Notes: generated from the letters alone by a model not told the origin. DNA of 64,000 nt from Phoronis australis (GCA_002633005.1 NMRA01000427.1:62001-126000); one strand, 5' to 3'. Numbered from the stretch's first letter, positions 24,101 to 36,696 are shown. Made by a program: numbers and translations.

Positions 24101-27100
24101 AATTCATTAAGCAATAAGTTCGACCCTGGTTGAGTTCGGAAGCCAATAGGAAAGCTCACGTTAACGACACCGGTTGACGCACCTCTTTTATCGGGTTTAA
24201 ATCAATAGAAACAGGCCCTACTGTGCGTATGCCGATGGTCATTAGTTGGGAAATGTCGCTAACAAAATTACTGTGGTAAATTAAGTCATTGGGCGAAACA
24301 TTCAATTGCCACTCATTAATTACCCTCGTTGTTAACGGCAGGCAATGACGACATCAGCTTTTGAGCGTAAAAAATTAAACACCATCAAGATAACAGTATT
24401 TAAAACGAACTGAAATTTATAGTTTTGCACGAGTCTCGGTCAAGTTTTATTGTTTTTATGGCATGGTTTTGCAGATAGAAATAATTAGAACAATAATTTG
24501 AGGGCTATGAAGCAGGCAAAGCAGCGGCGCCACTGTTTTCGAAAAACAGCGCCGAGGTTTAATTTCAGAGTCGGCGAGTCATAAAACACGTATTTGGCCT
24601 ATATTAGCAGATATTTTTTTTTCTCAACTTTTTACGGTACGCTTATCACATAATTACAATGTCCACACCCGAGTTAATACAATAACTTTTTTGTTCAGTC
24701 AAGGAATAGTTAAGGTCAACTTACATGTATGTAAAGTGCTAACATACATTGTATACATGCACAAAAGTCATTTAAACACCTAACAAGTACATGAAGAGGC
24801 CATGAGATATTCACAGTAAACAAAAAAGGTCAATTCCTTGTCATCGTTCTAAAAATTCATCGTATTTCATTTGTTTCTGTATGTGCATCCTTCAGTAGAA
24901 ATGTACATTGCAACCTCCTTTTCCAACAGTGTAAGGCTGGGATTTTTTTCCTTCAACCATTCCTTATAAAAATGGTACAAAGAACCGTACTATGTAAAAT
25001 CTATTCCACAGAACTGATTGTAAGGACAGTTCCAAACTATGTCCAACAGCATCTGCACGTACAAACCAATTATTAACATTAGTCCAAAACTGTTGAGCAA
25101 GGTTACAAGACCAGTACACATGGACAATAGTCACTATCATCTAAGTAAAATGTGCACATTGAGCTATGAATTACATGTAAGCTAATATTAGGTAAACTTT
25201 CATTATACACTATAATTCTGTGAACCCGCCTAAATTGGTACCACCTTGGAGAAACGTCTTCAGTGAACGTGCAGATGTAGGTTAAACATTGCATCTCCAT
25301 TCTGTAGTATCCGGGATTTTTTTTTTATTTTTCACTCCACTTTTTTATCAAAATCTTGAGAAATAATAAAGTTGTATATTTTTCACGCCTTGGGACATCT
25401 CCGAAAAACGTCGAGGTATCGTGGAAGACGCCGTAAAATTACTTGTAATGCTCGCTAGGTGGTAGTGAAGACGCAGGCATCGTTTAATTTTCCTCGACAT
25501 TTTTTACACCAGCGTTTCTGATTGGCTAGTCGAATTCTCAATAGGTAGCGCTTTACGTAAACAAATTAACATGACTGATGGAGGAACTGTAAATGCGGAT
25601 ATAGTTTGTGGTCTGTTATACAGACGTATTGGTTCTTTAATCATGTTCAAGAAATGTTAATCAGAAAATTGTGAACCTGCCTTTTCGGGGTGCATTTTTC
25701 TACTGTCGCTGGCTTTTTGTTTACGTTGCTTTCCAGTATTCACACAGTATGAACAAATTGACACCTGTTAAATCGGCAACCAATGGCGGTTTTAAATTTA
25801 GGTGTACTGAATGAAAATTTCGTGAAGACTGGCAGGGACAGGGTAGCCTACTAACTATAATTAGTTTCGACCCGGTCGTGCGAGTAGTTCCACTGGGTGA
25901 GGTTGAAGCGCAGCGGCCCTGAACTTCTCTGTCGCGTTGTGAGATGATGCGATCTTGACATAGGATTGATGAATGCATCCTAGTTGATAATTTATCAACA
26001 TTCCTACTTCATATTCTCTTGAAATGTAAGTACGTACTCATCTTTCTGTATCTGTAAGACATGCGGGCAATTTCACGTGCGCATGAACTCCAACGGAAGT
26101 GATTTATTACCCTTTGATGTTATCGGTTTACTTGCATCTATTAGCCAAAGTGTCGTTTATTTTAGCAAGTACACGTACAACAGTTACACCTGAGTCGGCA
26201 ATTTTAGGCATTTTGGGAATAGTGCACCTAAGTCTGTTCCCATTTTCAGCGACGTAAGCAATCAGATGAAACTTACGCCAAGTCATTCTCTGACTAGATA
26301 AGTCGGCCCCGCTGTGTAATGAAGTATATAATCGCTCTTTTAAAAAAGCCCGATTTGAAAGTTTGGCAGGAAATAACGCGAGAACGTTCTATTTGTTGAT
26401 CAGATTAAGTCCGAATTTTAGTCCTGTTCTTTGTGAGCCTCCGACACGGCATCCTCATTTCTGGTATTACAAATTCCGTCTTAGGAACATAGAGCTGAGA
26501 ACCATTATTGCCGTGGACACAGGTTTCCCTTCCCCATAATTAAGCTAAGAGTGTCGACGTTTTCAAAATTCCAATTATCCACATTTCTAGAAATTCGAAC
26601 CACCTCAAGCGCAATGCTGGCTACGGGCCTGTTATTTGAATCTTGCTTGTCTCACTCAAGTGGGACACCAATGATGCATTAGGAGCTTGTAGATCGAGGA
26701 AGGGTTGAAATCAACAAAACATGGTATAGTATCTTTTTAAGGAACTGATTCTTCTGGTAGTAAGGACAGCCTTATACGACTACACAAGTTCGATGGGCTT
26801 GTATTGATTCCATCTCTTTATGACATAGACCGCCTCGTTCCTGGTTATCTTTTTATACACTTTAGTCCTCTGTCTCATTTTACGGCATAGTGTCTGAAAT
26901 ATCAACATTGGCAAGGGAAAAGGCAGTTCCGTCCAAATTTTGATGTTCCTCACTTCTTTTTGAGGTTGATTGTGTTTCTTTACTTCAGTTTTGACTCAAT
27001 AATAAATCTGGCTTTACAACAGATTTTAGTTAAAGCTGAACTGTGTGCGAAATTATGATTGAATAATCTTTTGAAACTCATTTTGTTCTAAATAAGTAAT

Positions 27101-27377
27101 GACATAAGCTAGTTCTCTTTCGTTGTCCAAGACGCTTTGGATAATTTTTATGGCCTCTTATCTTTAAGTTTAAACAGTACACAACATGGATTTTTGCACA
27201 TATTGAATTACCGGTGGCCACAGACTAAATGTATAACGTAAAATTTAGCTAAACCCATGTTTATTTTGTATAATTAGCTCGAAATTTTGATTTTTCTTTC
27301 AATTTTGCCAATGTTCACATTTCTCGCCATGTGACGTCATGGGTTGAACACAAGAGATCAGTGACTAGCATTGAACA

Positions 27378-27555
27378 ATGGCGGAGAGCAGTGAATTTCG
27401 AACGCGAAGACGATTATGAGCGAGAATTGAATGAATACTATGAAGAAACGTACGGGAATGGTGGCCAGGATGAGGAAATGGGGTTGCACGAAAGCGAGAA
27501 CAAGTTTGATGTGCTTCCGGCTGCGTACTTTTCTACTTTGAGCCTTACGAACTGG
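27378..27555 (+). pseudogene. N-terminal remnant of a KolX-like accessory protein (acidic tract plus YFEP)
   Basis: ACAATGG start gives MAESSEF, then frameshifted EREDDYERELNEYYEETYGNGGQDEEMG... and YFEPYE; parallels the acidic tract plus GYMFESEY of element B. The Cys-rich part is deleted. Confidence 0.55.
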
Positions 27556-27619
27556 ATCCTCCCGCGAGCTAGAGAAGCGGCCTCATCCAACAGACGATCC
27601 TGAATAAAGAGCCGATGTT

Positions 27620-27895
27620 TCTGAATGATAAATATTGTCCTTTATTGAACCAGGCCTTCATCGTAACATCTCCTGTGACTGGAGTCGAAACACGAGTCCT
27701 CAAAGTGGGCAGAACACAGAGTGGCCCTGGACCGAATCGCTTGGTCCACGATGAGGTCCCACACTCTCGTTCGGCGCACGAAGCGATGCCACTTCTGCAC
27801 AACTTTGGTGTCCTTCGGAACACCGAGACGTTCTCCGCCTGGCTGCTGTTGCTGCAACCTCCGGAAACACATCTTTTGATCCCTCTACGAACCTT
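27620..27895 (-). pseudogene. THAP (C2CH) domain remnant of a Kolobok-type transposase gene
   Basis: VRRGIKRCVSGGCSNSSQAENVSVF, then a frameshift to PKDTKVVQKWHRFVRRTR...LCSAHFEDSCF: CxxxC, P, W and CxxHF signature. Confidence 0.85.
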
Positions 27896-30800
27896 CTCGA
27901 CGCTAAATGTACTTTGCTTTCACCTCACTCTATACACTTCGTCTCTGATCCGAACTGTATGGCGAACGACTTGGGTTCAACCCATGACGTTGTACATAAT
28001 TATTATTTATTCAAATTTTGCGTGTTTCTTTATGAGCTGTGCACTAAAGGCACTGAAATCAAGTAAGACATAACAATAAAATTTATTTTGAGGTACTAGA
28101 GTCATGTTGTGTACACTTTAAAAAGTAGTAGAAAATCAACAATAGTTCTAAAACTATTAGCAATGACACAAAGCATCCGTGTATTTTGAAACATTTAAAA
28201 TTTTTCAAACATAATTTGAAGTTTAAAACAGTTCTACAAACAAGAAGCAAAAATACCACTGTCATAGAAAGGATGCTAACTCTCTCGGTGTCACAGGAAA
28301 CTTAATCACTCCCCGGAAATAAATTTCCTGACCACTCTCACGCAAGCATAATATCTTCTCTTCACCCGAGGATATGGGTATAATTTTTATTTCATCAAGA
28401 CAGCTTTTGCCAGTATCATTCAGCGTAGTGATTTGTGTCTGCGTCAAATTAGTAATAAGTCACCCAACTTAAGAAATCTAACGAAAGCACCCGACACCAA
28501 GACTAATCTGAGTACTTAAGGAAACTTAGGCATTGAAATGCAAGAAAAAACATCATCGTAAACATCATTAACACTGAGGTTAACTGTTTATGAACAACAG
28601 TCATTTATTTAACTGCAATGTTTTGCCATGAGGACGAAGTTCAAGGACACGCTACTTAGTGACCGAGTAGCATACACTGTACACATCTGAGGACATTTGA
28701 GGGCGTGAAATTTCTGTATTGTTATTACCTCTACTTTTCGTTTTCTAATGTTCCCATATACAATAGGTGGGGTTGGCCATTTTGTTTTGACGTCGACGTT
28801 TTGTTTCTTTTTCAACGGTGGTGTAAAAATCACAAAAAGCCAAGCTATTTACAAGGTATAAAGACATTTGCCCAAATTCTGGTGATGAAAATCAGGTCTA
28901 AATTATCAACTTTAGCGTTCTGCAACGTTCAAGGGTGTTAACTTGTAAATTAACTAATTTACCGCAAATTTTCATTGAAAAACGCAAGGTTTTTGTCATA
29001 TCTACCTTTTTAATATCGACAGGGTAGATAATTGTTGAATTTAAGTGATTGCATTAATTCTATACTAGCCTTGGTTTCAGTTTTGCCCCGTCTTATTTCA
29101 AGGGTGTGGTAAATTGCAAAAATAAATGGGTAGCCTCAGCTTCGAAATTGGCCTACTGAAGCTGATAGGAATGTCCATTCTGCACAGTTTGAAAATGAAA
29201 AGTACGTTACCATGCTTGGCAATACATGTATAATGTTCAAGATTTGGAATAAAAAATGAAATAAGCATTGGCTGAGATCGTAACCATTTAGGACCTCAGT
29301 AAATTGTCACCGGACTTAGTACATGTATATCAGTTGCAAAGTGAATTTCGTGACTTCGAAACCACAAATTAGATAAAGATTTGGAATTGCTTAAATCAAA
29401 ATGTACTAAAAGCTAGCGTACATCCACCTTAAAACCGGACAAAATCAGTTGTAAACAGGTTACCGACAACTGAGAACAACTTACGGAAACTGATCAGTTT
29501 GCGAGTTTGACCGATGTGCGTCTTCTTACCACCGACGGCGTACAGCTGAACGCGCGGTGGCCGTCAGTTGAATATGTTCTACTTCTCAGCGCTGGTTCCA
29601 CTCAAGATTCGCTGGTCTACCCCGATGTACGCCTCGCTGCAACTGGTGGTGACCTTAATGACCATGTGATAGTCACCTGACCTAATTTTACACTACAACA
29701 CAATTACGGCAAATGCTTGGACCATAGACAGAACCGTAATGGCTTGGACCGATTCTGCGGACGATGCTCTCGTTGAAATGTGAATGTTTTCTCAAAACTT
29801 GATCTTAACGGATTGTATGGACAGAAAGCTGGTCTATCGCATACAAAAGGATACTGGTGGAAAGTAATATAACTACCCAAATATTTAAGTTACAGTGGCA
29901 AATACGCACGTCTGTATGTATGTCACGTGATTACAAGAGCCACCTAGCGTACTCTTAATGGTTACAGCACAGTCACTGCCAGTCGCTTTCTATGAGTGCG
30001 CCAACGTGTCTTGGACTGACTAGTTGCTCACAATTGCTAAAAATCACCGGTGTACGCGTGCTTAGAAGGTGACAGGTGCGGAGTCTGCTAATTGCCTTGT
30101 CGATGCACGTCTCATATACATGTTTAATGCAGATGGAGAGGTAGTCACGATCTAGCTAATGCAAAGGAGATGAAAGACGTAAATGCTTCGCTGCGTTGCT
30201 GGATTGTCCGCACGTTTGAAGAGTAAGTGCTATCATGACCTTGTAACTCAGCATGGACGGCGCACCATAGGAGGCTGGGGGGTATAGCTTCCCACTTGTT
30301 TCCGTGCTGCGCTGCCCATGGTCTGTAGGCGGCGCACCACCGGGATAACCACCCCCCCTTTTTTTCCAAATGTTCTACTTGGTGTTACAAGGTTCTTGAT
30401 AGTAGTCATATCCCGTGAGGAGACCACAACGAGCAATAAGACGCGTTTTGTCGATCGGTCAAGATGTTCATCGAGCGGTAAGTGCGAGAGAAATGGAACT
30501 TCCGAAACACATCATCTCGCGTACAACATCGAGGCAAAAGTACAGAAGCAGATAGCTCCACGCTAATCTCAACATACTTGGTCATATTGAATCCAGCAAA
30601 TTTGGAGTCGAAGAGGAATGTCAAAGTAACTGGATCAACTCTATAAACACCCACATCAAACCTTAGGGGTTGTGAAACGTTTCGGGTTTTTTCACCGTGA
30701 GACAACGAAAGGAGTTAGTGGGATCTTTATACAAGAAAACTTTACATGCACCCGACCCAGGTGATCCTTCATCTGAGAAAAAACTGTCAACATTAAATCG

Positions 30801-32869
30801 TTTACAAACATGCAAGTGGAGTACCCGCATCTTATCCGTTCTCCGTTTTAACAGCCATGATGGACCGTCGTCCGCTATGCGCGCAACATTCACATTGTCA
30901 ACTCTGCATCAGTTGCCGTGAAATATGCATAAGATAGTACTGTGTGGAGCTTTCTGCCCAATAATAAGAATTCATGAGAGGTAGACTCTTCCTGTACCCA
31001 GTTTCTTTATCTTTGCTACGTATAAATCTAAAACAGATTGCGTGTACCTATTAATAAGCCCTCCACAGAATACGCAACAGTTGCTGAGCTTGTGACACGA
31101 TCGACTGAAGAAACCGTTCAAGTTGGACAACACTTGATAGAACCCAGCGGTACATCAAACATAGAGTACATCGTTATAATGTTTGGTTTCTGTATTGCGA
31201 TGGAATTACATCAGAATGCTCTGGGAGCACAGGATACGACATTTTGGATGCTCTGAGATTCTAAATGGAGCTCAGCTGGTAAACGGTTGGGCTTATTGAG
31301 CAAATGCTTGCAAATGAATCCATGGGTTTTACTACATGTACTACTTCTACTTGTGAAGAACTACTGCGACCAGTTCTTCAAGACGATCCAGTGCTAGAGA
31401 GCACTGCACGATGCAATTTTTCTAAGGCAAAGAAGTCTGTGTCTTTCCATACACGAAAAGATTTTCCTGCAACATCCGGCGACGTAATGTATAACAGTAT
31501 ATCTGACTGCATGGTTTCACATACCAGTGGGTTCACTTTACCTTTTACAGTTATTTTGAATAGGCCTTACTCCATCAAATTTCTTTAGAGAAAACGTCGT
31601 GGGATTTCCAGAAGTTATATTTCGATAGACCATCTCTAGGCAAACCACCGAAGTGGTGAAATTAAAGACAATCGGATCATAGAAATGTTGCATCAATGTT
31701 ACAGAAAAATTGTCGCGCCATCTCGTCCTCCACGGGAGTACTTATGCTCTAGAAATTGTTAGATCAGGAGACGTGAAAGATTGTTTGATTTCCACCCACG
31801 GAGAAGTAGATTAAACGATGTACCTGAATTCCGCAATGAAGAGTGGAGTTGTCAATGCTGCAGTTCGAAGCCCTGACACCGGTTTGTTATCTACACTTAC
31901 ACTACTGCAAAATGCCAGGGCGCTCAAAACCAACGCCCACTTAGACAGAGGCTGATGAAGAAAAACAACTGTGTTTGACTAAAGCCATCCTATATTCACA
32001 AGTTCTTTGGTTTGTGATTAATTCACGTTTTCGTTACAGGGGCTAGAAATCACGGACGTGTCATAGACGCCATGACAGTTTCCAAGACACTCAAGGCGAG
32101 TGTTGCAGCACAGCGCGCGGCTCCTGGGACTATACTGCTTCACCGCACTAGCCGTATGAAGGCAAAAACAAAGTGTGCCCCTTAGAAAAAACTTCGAGTA
32201 TGTCTTTAAATGCATTTCTGCACCTAAGTTATTACTGCGAAATACCTGAAGAACGGTACAATGCATTAGGACAGTTTGTCTCTACGGCAACGATAGCCTC
32301 AAGCTTGCGGACAAATTGCGATTTGCGATGTTTCATAAACCGGTAGGCAATACAAGTCAACAGTTTGCCTTTCGCAAACCTAAATCTTTGGTCTCTCATT
32401 TACACAGAGTGAACTGTGCCCATTTTCTAGCCATTGATAAACTTAAAAGAGCTGAAGATGGTGATGTATGAACAAAGAATATGATTGATTGTTACCAGTT
32501 CGGATAGATGGACCAATGATGCGTCCACCCATGGTGGGTCTCGTAGCATCCTTTAACGAAAAAGGTGGAAACGACTTCTGCTATGACATCTGCAATTGTG
32601 AAGATGACAGCCATAGCGGTTAGAGTGCCCTACTAAAGAAAGCAAATGAACCTTCAAAACAGACCATTGCTGTATTTCGTAAGCATTTTATGAAATATAT
32701 ATGCTATCTTTGAAACCGGTTTCTGTTTTTTCACAACTTAGGTATGTTCGAAAGATCTATTTCATCCATTTCAGCATCTAATTGATCAAAGCAAATTAAA
32801 CGACCGTTAAATAACCTTTGCGAAACACAATTCGCCTTTTAGCGTAGAGTAATGAATCAAGACCGACTA

Positions 32870-33075
32870 AGGTAGATTGAACGGGTGAAACTGACCAAAC
32901 AGATCAAAACGGAAATAATGGGGCACAGTGGGTTAAAAGTCACATAATGGGTCAAAATAGACATCATGGGTCAAATGGATTAACGGGTTTAAACAGACAC
33001 AGTGGATCAACGTGGAAATGATCTGTCAGATGGACGGAGTGGCTTAAAGTGGACGCGGTGGGTCAGAACAGATGT
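32870..33075 (+). repeat. Degenerate ~20-bp minisatellite
   Basis: Recurrent TGGGTCAAA(A)T(G/A)GA/AAACAGA units. Confidence 0.6.
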
Positions 33076-34099
33076 CTATTAAATCGACAACATCATAACC
33101 TTTGGATAAATACATAACGAATGAAACTGCGATGCCTTTTTGAGTTTGCATTCATCGTGCGCTTTATATTTTACGGTCATTTAAAAACGTGATGTCAAAC
33201 GTCGGATGGCATGTGAAGGTTCAAAAAGTTTTCTAGTATAGTGAATTGCTCGCAGTGCGTCAGTAATTTTGAGAACTTTCTAGAAAATTAATACCGGGAC
33301 CAATTCATGGTTGGATTCGCACACAGGGATTAAAGTTTGAATTTGACGTTACTATAACAGACGTTGACATCATGATATACTTACTTCGATAAATTAATCG
33401 CTGACTGAGCTTAAAACTTCATAATCTATTCACATCATGTACTAATGTGCAAGTGCTGACTTTCGTCGAGGTCACTATTTTGTTTTTGTGACCCCAAGAA
33501 ACTGTGCGATTACTCCAATACTGTATACTGATAACTGGTGTCTAAACGATTCATAAACTATTTAAGTCGTGTAATCATCGGAGATAATACAGGAATTTAG
33601 AAATGAGGGTTTATACTTCCACCATATTTCGGGAAGCAGTGCTATCTCACTGAATGTGCATATGAAGTGTCTAATTTGGACAAAATTGGCAGGTAAGAAA
33701 ATGCTTCCGAAAAATACAGGAATAAGAAATAGGTGGAATCGACGCTGAGCAAAAAGGAAATTACGATATGGTTTTGGTAGTTTCACCACAGGTGTTACCA
33801 TGCATTCGGATCGTGATACATTTGACCAAATTAAAGGCGAAGGCAACCTTTTTCCATGTCATTTTGAGCTAAAATAAGGTTGGTTGGTTATCCTAGACAT
33901 ATTTTCCACTTAATTACAGCTTTTCGTAATTTTATTAATTACTCGTCCGCTACTCCGGAAGTGACGTTTTAGGAGGCGAGCATTTCGCGCCAATTTCTTT
34001 TCATATAGTCTGACTGTGAGAGCTGCCGAGTCAGTCATTGTTCTAACTCGGTTATGTTAAGTTCCGTCGTCGTTTGGTTTCATTTACTGGTCAGTCAAC

Positions 34100-34549
34100 A
34101 TGCCACACTGTTGCTGCGTACCAGGATGTACTAATTATCGGCTCACGCGCGCTTTGGGAGTACCTTTGCATCGCTTTCCGATGGATGACACACTTCGCCG
34201 TACTTGGCTCGTTCGTGTGAAGAACGCAGCGTTACCCGTCCACGCAACGTACAAAGCAGTGGAGAATTACCGTGTGTGTGGCAAGCACTTTCTGCCGTCC
34301 GATTACGAAAGGGATTTGTACGCTGAACGGATGAAGGTCCCTGCGAAACAACGTCTGAAGAAGGATGCCATTCCGTCTGTGTTGATTCCCGGCAGTGCCC
34401 CGTCGCTACCCCCGGGAAGTGCGTTTTTGAAACGAGAAGCCTCGCGAGCTGTGGCCAGTACAGTGACTGGAGTCAGTGGAAGCACTTCATCTACTGTCAC
34501 CCGTGCCCCCGAACGTACCCCCAGAGCGTGCAATTCCTGGAACCAGTAG
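34100..34549 (+). CDS. Intact THAP zinc-finger ORF (N-terminus of Kolobok-type transposase), 149 aa
   Basis: MPHCCCVPGCTN...LHRFP.D...R.W...RVCGKHF..SDY...RLKKDAIPSV: full C2CH THAP signature with AVPTI-like box; AACATG start context. Truncated by frameshift/stop. Confidence 0.9.
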   Translation: MPHCCCVPGCTNYRLTRALGVPLHRFPMDDTLRRTWLVRVKNAALPVHATYKAVENYRVCGKHFLPSDYERDLYAERMKVPAKQRLKKDAIPSVLIPGSAPSLPPGSAFLKREASRAVASTVTGVSGSTSSTVTRAPERTPRACNSWNQ

Positions 34550-34671
34550 TGATTCGCCCTGTGCTGTTTTCTCCAGCCCAGAGCCTCTAAGCAGCCCTGC
34601 AGCGATATTGAGTAGTGGGCGTGATTACAGGCACAGTTCGACACCCAGTGAAGAGGACAGTGAACAGATCG

Positions 34672-34838
34672 GTGTTGGAGCTATTTAGAAGGTGCCAGGT
34701 GCGTGGCGAGGGAGTCACACGACACGATGTAAGCAGTTTGGGTGCTCAGGTCACCATCAAGTAGGAGTGTGTTGCGGGACACTCTGGCAAGTGGGACAGT
34801 TGTTCCTCTGTCCATGGTATGCCGGAGGTCCACTTAAC
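34672..34838 (+). pseudogene. Further transposase remnant (second Cys/His cluster upstream of the missing catalytic core)
   Basis: VLELFRRCQVRG...LGAQVTIK*ECVAGHSGKWDS...MPEVHL resembles the LxLFxxCxxCG...CxxGHxxxWxS segment of THAP-Kolobok transposases; in-frame TAG at 34762-34764. Confidence 0.6.
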
Positions 34839-34839
34839 C

Positions 34840-35141
34840 ATGTCCAGTAGTGGCTTGGCCTCGTCGAACTCTGAACAGCACAAGCATTCCATTGAGGTAG
34901 GCATAACAACGCACACAGTGCATTTGCACCAAGATGTGTCACCACGTCTGTCCTCAGTAGCCGCCTCGTTTCTCTCAACGGCTGCCTGTGCCTGTGCGTA
35001 CTCTGCCTCGTTATACTCAGACTCAAACATGTACCCACCCACTGAATGTCCGTGAAAAAATTCCTCGTCACCACTGCTGTGAACAAGTTCTCCGTCACTC
35101 ACACTACTGTCACTGTGATACGGGTCACCGACTCCAGCCAT
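34840..35141 (-). pseudogene. KolX-like protein, P2X7 C-terminal ballast/NANOR-like zinc-coordinating domain, 3' truncated
   Basis: AAAATGG start at 35141; MAGVGDPYHSDSS.. acidic tract, GYMFESEY, then RRGDTSWCKCTVCVVMPTSMECLCCSE = WCxCxxCxxMxxxxECxCC motif. The ORF reads on to 34746 through antisense transposase sequence. Confidence 0.85.
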
Positions 35142-36696
35142 TTTCAGCTTAGAACACACTAAACAATCCCTAATTCCAACGTAGTTGGGTTCTCTACTAA
35201 CCTATCTTGCCGCAGAATACTCGCCGATGGAAAGTGGTGGCGACAATTGTTGAAAACAGCACAAAACAAAAGTAGAATAGAACAGATTCGCACGGTAAAG
35301 TCAACGCAAAAGCAAGTGGCGGGAAACGCTTCCTCCTACATGTAAAACGTCACTTCCGGAGTAGCGGACGAGTAATTTATAAAATTCCGAAAAGCTGTAA
35401 GTACGTGGAAAATATGTCTAGGATAACCAACCAACCTTATTTTAGCTCAAAGTGACATGGAAAAGGTTGCCTTCGCCTTTAAACTGATTGAGGACGATGT
35501 AAACTTCTTGTTAACGTTGGCTACATAACGCACGTACAGTGTATTGCGTGCTTGCATCTGAGTCAAGGGCTGGAATTTTAATTACTGTTTCATGTTTAAT
35601 TCAAAAAAATCCAATGCCATTAAACAGTTTTAAGAAAACCAGCTGAAATCGAATTCATTATTTGACCATCTGTCATACAGTATGCTTTGATGTTCGTGCA
35701 ATTGACCGTGGAAAGTTCGATGCCTACACGATGTTTTTGTTACAGCTATAGTATACAGGTGAAAAAAAAATCACTTTATCAACAGCTAGAGCGGCAAACA
35801 AAATATTGTCGTTATAACAATGGATCCGTTTGCGTCATGTTAAAACACTCTCCAATAAGCGCACGAGAGAGGTCGTAAATCATCAAAACAGCATCGTGCG
35901 TAAATCTGTTTCAAGACCAAAGCTTTTTCAAATGTCCCTAAAATATTAGATCCATAGTCGACTATCTAAGCATGTACTTAACCTGAGTGACTCGAATTAT
36001 GCGAATATCAATTGTGTAGCTTTGCCCATTAACTTATGGAAAACATTTCCTTCGTAATTTGCCAAATGAGTTTAAAACCTATTTTGATTTTTGTCGGAAA
36101 TTGAACATCCTGCGTAAGTAATTTACTGTAAGCTTTTCAACATGTGTTGAATATTTAAAAATAGCTGCTCTAAAACATCAATGACTGTAGTGGACGTTCC
36201 CCCGTCTTCGCAAATTTAGAAATTAATTGAATATTTTCTGGTTCACAGAAAACATCATGTACGACATATTCTCAAATTTCAAACACAATTCTCAAATGCG
36301 AAAACTCACACGTCATCAAGCCCACTCAAAATAATGAAAATTAAGTACATTGTATTTAGATTAATTTAAAGAAATTCCATTTAATCAAAGCAATCAACTT
36401 TTGATTTACAGCAATTAAAATGGTCTCATCTTGACCCGTGCTCAGACGAAAACCGACAATTGAAAAGGAACGAACATTCATTACAGCCTGAAACCCTCCT
36501 CGGCGCACATGACCCGCCGTTAAACCAACTTTGACAGCAAGTTTGAGAGTAATAATTATTTTCAATATCTTTTCAAAGCCCTAATTTCCCCTGTTAGCAG
36601 CGTAAAGCACTAGCAGGGTCTGGAAAGTACATGTAGATTCAAATGAAAGTAACCTTTCGAAGGAAGGTGCTGTGTGACAACAAAATGCCGCAAATG

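Larger units (their letters stand above)
27174..28117. mobile_element. Kolobok-type DNA transposon, short non-autonomous deletion derivative (element A, 944 bp)
   Basis: TTAA at 27170-27173 and 28118-28121; terminal inverted repeat ACAGTACACAACATG vs AGTGTACACAACATG (13/15); inner 21-bp inverted repeat ACGTCATGGGTTGAAC(A/C)CAAG at 27334-27354 and 27970-27990; convergent THAP and acidic-YFEP gene remnants. Confidence 0.8.
33835..35478. mobile_element. Kolobok-type DNA transposon, internally deleted derivative (element B, 1644 bp)
   Basis: TTAA duplication at 33831-33834 and 35479-35482; AG...CT termini; long near-perfect TIRs starting AGGCGAAGGCAACCTTTT (about 33835-33995 and 35315-35478); convergent THAP-transposase 5' part and P2X7-C-terminal-like gene; no DDE core present. 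Confidence 0.93.

Noticed and set aside
27615-28073. 152-aa plus-strand ORF
   Set aside because: Antisense shadow of the THAP remnant; no motifs.
31945-31990. CTGATGAAG as a hammerhead ribozyme core
   Set aside because: No properly placed stem II plus GAAA or closing stems could be built.
34303-35098. Alternative ORFs 34303..34644, 34757..35098 and 34819..35055
   Set aside because: Antisense or off-frame shadows of the transposase and KolX-like genes.
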